This document shows, one piece after another, positions 58,865 through 64,000 of a DNA stretch of 64,000 nucleotides. Every line of letters starts with the position of its first letter. Positions within the stretch are counted from its first letter, which is position 1. The notes under the pieces are model-generated. The model had not been told where the DNA came from. It worked only from the letters and a program-made list of their open reading frames with translations, and made no database searches. The DNA lies in assembly GCA_052327205.1 (NCBI GenBank), contig CM126220.1:27900001-27964000 (forward strand), read 5' to 3'. Source of the DNA: Somniosus microcephalus (lineage: Eukaryota). The position numbers were made by a program, and so were the translations under genes.

Positions 58865-60120
58865 ACACATAGAGCCACAGAAGATTACAGCACTGAAGGG
58901 GGCCATTCGGCCCAGCATGTCTGTGCTGGCTCTTTGGCAGACCAATCAAAAAGCTAATCTCACTATTCTGCTCTCTTCTCATAGCCCTGTATTTTCCTCT
59001 ACTACACATAATTATTCAATTTTGGTGCCGTGGTCTCTGCCTCAAGCATTCCCTGCGGCAAAGCATTGCATACTCCAACAAATATCAGTGTAGGAATTTC
59101 TCTTAACCTCTCATTCTCTTACGGACAATTTAAAATTGATGGCACCTTGTCACTGACTCCCTGGCCAGAGGAAATATTCCTTCCCTATACATGCTATCAA
59201 AATCCCTCATAATTTAAAAAAAACCTCTATTAAATCTCCTTTTAGCCTTCTATGCACCTGTGGAAATAATCCCAGAATTTCAATTATTTTCCTAATTATA
59301 GTTTTACTGTATGCTGTTTATGGCTTTAATGACCCTTCTAAAATGGGGTGTCTAAAACTACATCATTATTTTAATTGTGGCCTAACCAATGTTTTGTATC
59401 TTCATTAAATTGCATCTGCCATCTTTCTGCCCATTCTACTAATCTGTCTGTTTTCCTGAAGTCTTTTATAGTTCTCCTCGCTGTTTGTCAAATCCCCTAC
59501 TTTGGTGTTTTCCTCTCATGCTCCAGTCCAAATCATCATCTTTATATACCAATAACAAAAACAGGCCCATCACTGACCCCAAGGGGACAGCATTTCCAAC
59601 CCTTCTCCAATCCAAGCAGCACCTATTTATACCAACTCTTTGATTTCTATCCATGTGGCTATACTTCTTGTACCATATGACTGATTTTTTTTTTAAACAA
59701 ACCTTTTGAGAGCCACCTTACTGAACACTGTATACATTACACCTGTTACATTCACTTTATGTATTCAATTAGTTACTTCTTCAAAAAAACTCTTACATTT
59801 TTCAAACATGACTTACCTTTAACAAGTTCGTGCACTGTCCTTGACTAACCCTTGCATTTTTATATGCTCACTAATTTTCTCTCGAATTATGGCTTCTGAG
59901 AGTTTGCCCACAACTGATGTTAGTCTAACTGGTCTATAGTTACCCAGTTTATCCATCCCTCCCTTTTTGAACAAAGGTGTGCATTGGCTACTTTCCAGTC
60001 CAGTGGCACAATTTGCATATTTAAGGAATGAAAAACTGTGGACAAAGCCTCTGCCTCTATGACCTCAACAGTTCTGCGTGTATGCGATCAGGGCTCCGTG
60101 ACTTATTCACTTTGAGTTCT
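58865..60120 (-). mobile_element. Old CR1 LINE, antisense, degenerate
   Basis: Tail catagagccacagaagattacagcactgaaggggccattcggccc; RT remnants (QRVGIN, VPLGSVMGL, YRPVRLTSVVGKLSE). Confidence 0.75.
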
Positions 60121-62025
60121 GCACTGCCATGGTACTACAGTACAAGGATTGGCACAGTGAGCAAGTGATCTGTTCACAGGGCTATGTCCGTGATGCTGTG
60201 TACATATGCCCATTAGGGGATGGATTTGATTATTCTTCTCGGGGGAAGCGGCTTGCTGCCTCCTGTCTTCCGAAAAGGATGAGATCAGGAACTATAGATG
60301 TAGACCCAACTAACTGACATACCATAGTGCATCGTGTTTGCACATCAACATGCTAGGCTGCTGGGCCGGTGCAGCTTTCTTGCCTACTACATAAAGGGAA
60401 TGGAGCGATTCTGAGAAAACCGCGGGACTGACCCCTGCAACCACTGTCAGTTGCAGGCTAAAGAGAAACAATTTTTTTTTGAAGATTGGTTGAAATTCTC
60501 ACTTGCGTAAAACAAGCAGCAACTTGATTTAATTTGCTCCGTTCATGTAGAAAATGTCTCGAGGTGCTTTTACATAGGGAGGAGATTGACAAAATAGTTA
60601 AAAGAAATAAAGAAAAAGATGGCCAGCCATGGTGCGAGAGTTAGGAGGGGTGACTGTAAGGTCGAGAAGATGAGTTTTGAAAATGTTCTTGCAGTGAACA
60701 GAGAAGTTAAGAAAGGGATTTTCAGAGAGTACGGCACTGGTGGCTGAAGGTGGGGCGAAGTGAGGGGACACACACACAAGACCAGAGTCGGCAGAACGGA
60801 CGTTGTGGGTAAGGATGTGATGCTGAAGGAGGTTGCAGAGACAAGAAATAGCAAGGGGGGATTTTACTTGGATTTTGCCATTGGCTGCATGAGACCCTTA
60901 CATTGGTAGCCGGTGGTACTACTGCGACACCAGGCTTAATACAAAAGCAGCTTAACACTAGAGTAAAGTCCTGGTGGTTATAGATCTGTGGGAGCAATTT
61001 GAGATGCTGAATTAACAATAGTATATCATACATTGGCATAAGTAAGATTTTCCCTATAGCTTAATGATAAAAAGCCCAGTGACAACAGCCTCCCAAAGTC
61101 TCCATGCCAGCACCTTTTGTTCCTGTAATCAATAAAGAATAACAGAAAACTGAAGCACTTTAAACCTCAGTGGTTTGTTTATCTCTCAGTATAGTGCTCT
61201 ATTGCTCTCCAGTTATTGGAGGATTTGATTGCAACTGGTTAAGTCAGATGACCAAATGATATATAATCTGTAAATAAGTGGTGAGAATGAATTTGATGGC
61301 CAGAACTTTATACAAATAATTGGTACACTTGGTGGTCCAGGCCATGCCCTCTAAAATGTGTTCAATTAAGAAGGATACGATCACACAGTGAATAGTGAGA
61401 TTGGAGCTGTATGCAGTTGTAACTTCCCATGCCATGACCTCAGCCACACAACTCTGATGAGTGGAGGGGCCAGCTATTAGCTGAAGGTAAAAATCACCCA
61501 AGAGTAATGGTTAATAGTAGGTTGGGGTGGTCATTTGTATGCTAGGAGAGAATAAAATCAGAGGAAGTGTCATTTTGGGAGAACGGGCGGTGCAGAGGGG
61601 GGAAATGAGCAATTCCCTAGAGGGAGGGGGAGGAGCTGCTGTACAAATGGCCAAATACAGAGATCAGCATTGACAGACCAGGTTTTGCCTGCCCCCTTGG
61701 TTGCGGAGGGCTTGTGGCATGGAGGGCTACCAAAGAAAAGTAGAAAAACGGAATAATAAATAGTTCCAAAATAATTTTTTTTAAAGGAGGTTCCATATAT
61801 CCAGACAATTACTGTATTACTGAAAGGAAACCTCTGCAGCATTCACCCTCTCCACTCAACCATAATTTGTTGCTCATTTGTCTCTCAGAAACTAATTAAA
61901 GAAAATCATATGTCTCAGTCAGTCGTAAAACATATGGGACTTCATGTAATTTGTTGGGAGTCAACATGTTGCTCTTTAATCGAACAATTGGGAGATTTTA
62001 TTTTTTAATTGTTCTTAATTTTCAG

Positions 62026-62102
62026 CATACGCAGTGTTATGCAAAAATATCTGGAGGAAAGAGATGAACTGACCTTTGAGAAGATCTTCAACCAGAAAAT
62101 TG
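62026..62102 (+). CDS. grk3: GRK3 coding exon 2; the gene continues beyond the window
   Basis: ttttcag|C...ATTG|gtaagt; 77 nt, in frame with exon 1: (S)[25 protein letters not shown](G). NQKIG is GRK3-like (GRK2 has SQKLG). Confidence 0.94.
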
Positions 62103-62291
62103 GTAAGTGAAAAAAATTTGCACGTGTTTCAGTGATAATGGTTATGTGCTGTAGGGGTTTGATTTTCTGAGTTCCGCTTTTAATAGTGTCCTACAAACAG
62201 CAGACATGTTATGAAAGAGGGTGTGAAATTCAACCCTTTGAATGCTGGCTGTCCCTGTCCACACATTTTGTTCACTTGACAATTTTTCTTA

Positions 62292-62660
62292 TCTTTTTCT
62301 TCACTTCTCTCCTGAAGTTGCAACTTTTGATGGGGTGCGGCTCCGCACTTGCTCACAGCCATCCGGTACATAACCCAAATAGTCATTCTTCATGCGTAGC
62401 TTAGAATGATAAAAATAAAACAGTCGTGCAGGCTATCAGACTGGAGCCTGACCTACACACGCATACTTTCCAGTAGGAGTCACTAGATGATTGACCGGGC
62501 ATGGAAACCCTTGTTTATTTCCACCCTCGCCACCAGCCTGAGAGTACTGAGGCCAAGTGTAGTTTCCCCTGACCATATTCAGCTAGTTCAGGATAGACCT
62601 GGGATTGAACCAGCGACCTTCCTGGCCGTAAGGGCTCGGGGACTCGCTAACTTAAGTCAA
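62292..62660 (-). mobile_element. SINE-X copy, antisense (grk3 intron 2)
   Basis: Reverse complement of the family; head with gggattgaacc. Confidence 0.65.
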
Positions 62661-64000
62661 TGTGCGAGCACAAACCTGCATTTAATCAGCGCACATCTGA
62701 ATAACGATATGCTGTCACATTTTAATGTTGAGTGTTATCAAACAAGGTGAGAATAAAGAGCATTTTGAACAGGCTGTTTATTGATCAATGTGCTGGAGCC
62801 CTGATACAATCAAATACATTTATTGAAGAAATAGGTGCACCAGCAGGATTGAAATGGCAGAAATAATGGGAGAAATAAATGGTCCTAAGTAGACCAATCT
62901 GAAGTATCTTCAGTGGTATTCCCATGTTCCCTGTCCTGCCCACCCAAGGCTGCTGCTTTGCTGCCTCCTGAATGCTCGATCGTTATTTCCGGTCTGCTGG
63001 TTTCTCATTCCCAAACTGCTGGTCTGCCCTCAATCTGCTAGTGTGTTCAACCTGGCAGCTAATTTTCTGACCTGGATTAGTCCAGCTTCCATTTCTGATG
63101 CCAACACTGACTCACTCCGATACATTGCTGCTACCCTGCTGAATACCACCAATGTCCTACCAAAAGCCATCACCATCCTTCTGCACAATTAGTGTAAATG
63201 ACTAAATTCTATACTCAAAAATTAACAAAATAAAGCTTCCGCAACTCCAGGGCTACAGATGATTGTTGAGACGCTATGAACTCAACTACAGTGATGCACA
63301 GAATGTTTTATGGCTTACTCCGCTGATTTTTACTCAAACGTTTCATGGAGACTTTGTTTTGCTATCTGAAATTTCAGTGTCCTCTTGTCAGAGAGCACTG
63401 CATAGAGCATCAGAAGCTAACAATAGATCTGGAAACATTAATGGTAGAAAGAATTGATGATTCTCCAAACTGTTCTTCCAGTAGGGCATTCGGGTAGTTT
63501 ATTCTGTTCCTCAATTTTTAAGAACAAATGCAAGAATGGTTCAGGAAAAGGCTTATTGAGCCATGATATAACACCTGGTCTATCATTAACTTTACCAGAC
63601 CATATGTCTGACAAAGCGGTCTGTAAAATTTCTGTTCTCTCCAAAAGGCAAATTAAGTAATACTACAGAAGACTTATCTAATCTTAAATCCTACAATATA
63701 CATTCTAGATCTTCTTTGATATGCCATTTCCAAAGTCTTGACAGCCAAGAAACTACAGTGATGGATCCTCAATCCTGTTACTAGCCAGACATTCATCCAG
63801 TTTTTCTTTTAAAGGTGTTGGTTGACATGTCATTAATCCGGGACACTAATCCATATATCTATTATATTCTGGAGTTCTTGTGTTCATCAGTATTTAGCTG
63901 TTTGAAGAACATTGTTTGAGTAAAGGGTGCAGTAAAAGATACGATTTCTCATAAACATCCCAGTATACAGTATTATTATTCTTAGTTCGACAAGGGTTCA

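Noticed and set aside
1885-62660. Apparent all-plus orientation of SINE-X copies
   Set aside because: Minus copies exist at about 18283, 41245, 52600 and 62292, so the bias is not convincing with this sample.

Overview
Eukaryotic (vertebrate) DNA, most likely from a cartilaginous fish; this is inferred from the SacSINE1-like DeuSINEs, abundant CR1 LINEs and Penelope elements. Three genes lie on the + strand in the same order as the mammalian CRYBB3-CRYBB2-GRK3 block. They are the last exon of beta-B3 crystallin (1479-1656), a complete beta-B2 crystallin gene (putative TATA promoter and non-coding exon 1 near 8170-8217; five coding exons 11719-18852, 207 aa), and the first two exons of GRK3/ADRBK2 (53943-54055, 62026-62102). 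The rest is dense, often nested transposon debris: CR1, L2 and Rex1/Babar LINEs, DeuSINEs, a second older tRNA-headed SINE family, Penelope remnants, PIF/Harbinger-like MITEs and three probable solo LTRs. The most unusual signals are: (i) three short templated insertions copied from neighbouring DNA within about 6 kb, one captured inside a Harbinger-like MITE; (ii) minimal hammerhead ribozyme motifs in Penelope termini, one in the sense strand of a crybb2 intron; (iii) a 1091-bp solo LTR with an odd layout of signals; (iv) a 260-bp solo LTR carrying a composite ISRE; (v) loss of the tyrosine-corner glycine in the C-terminal domain of both crystallins. All alignments and mismatch counts were done by eye, and repeat boundaries without TSDs are approximate.
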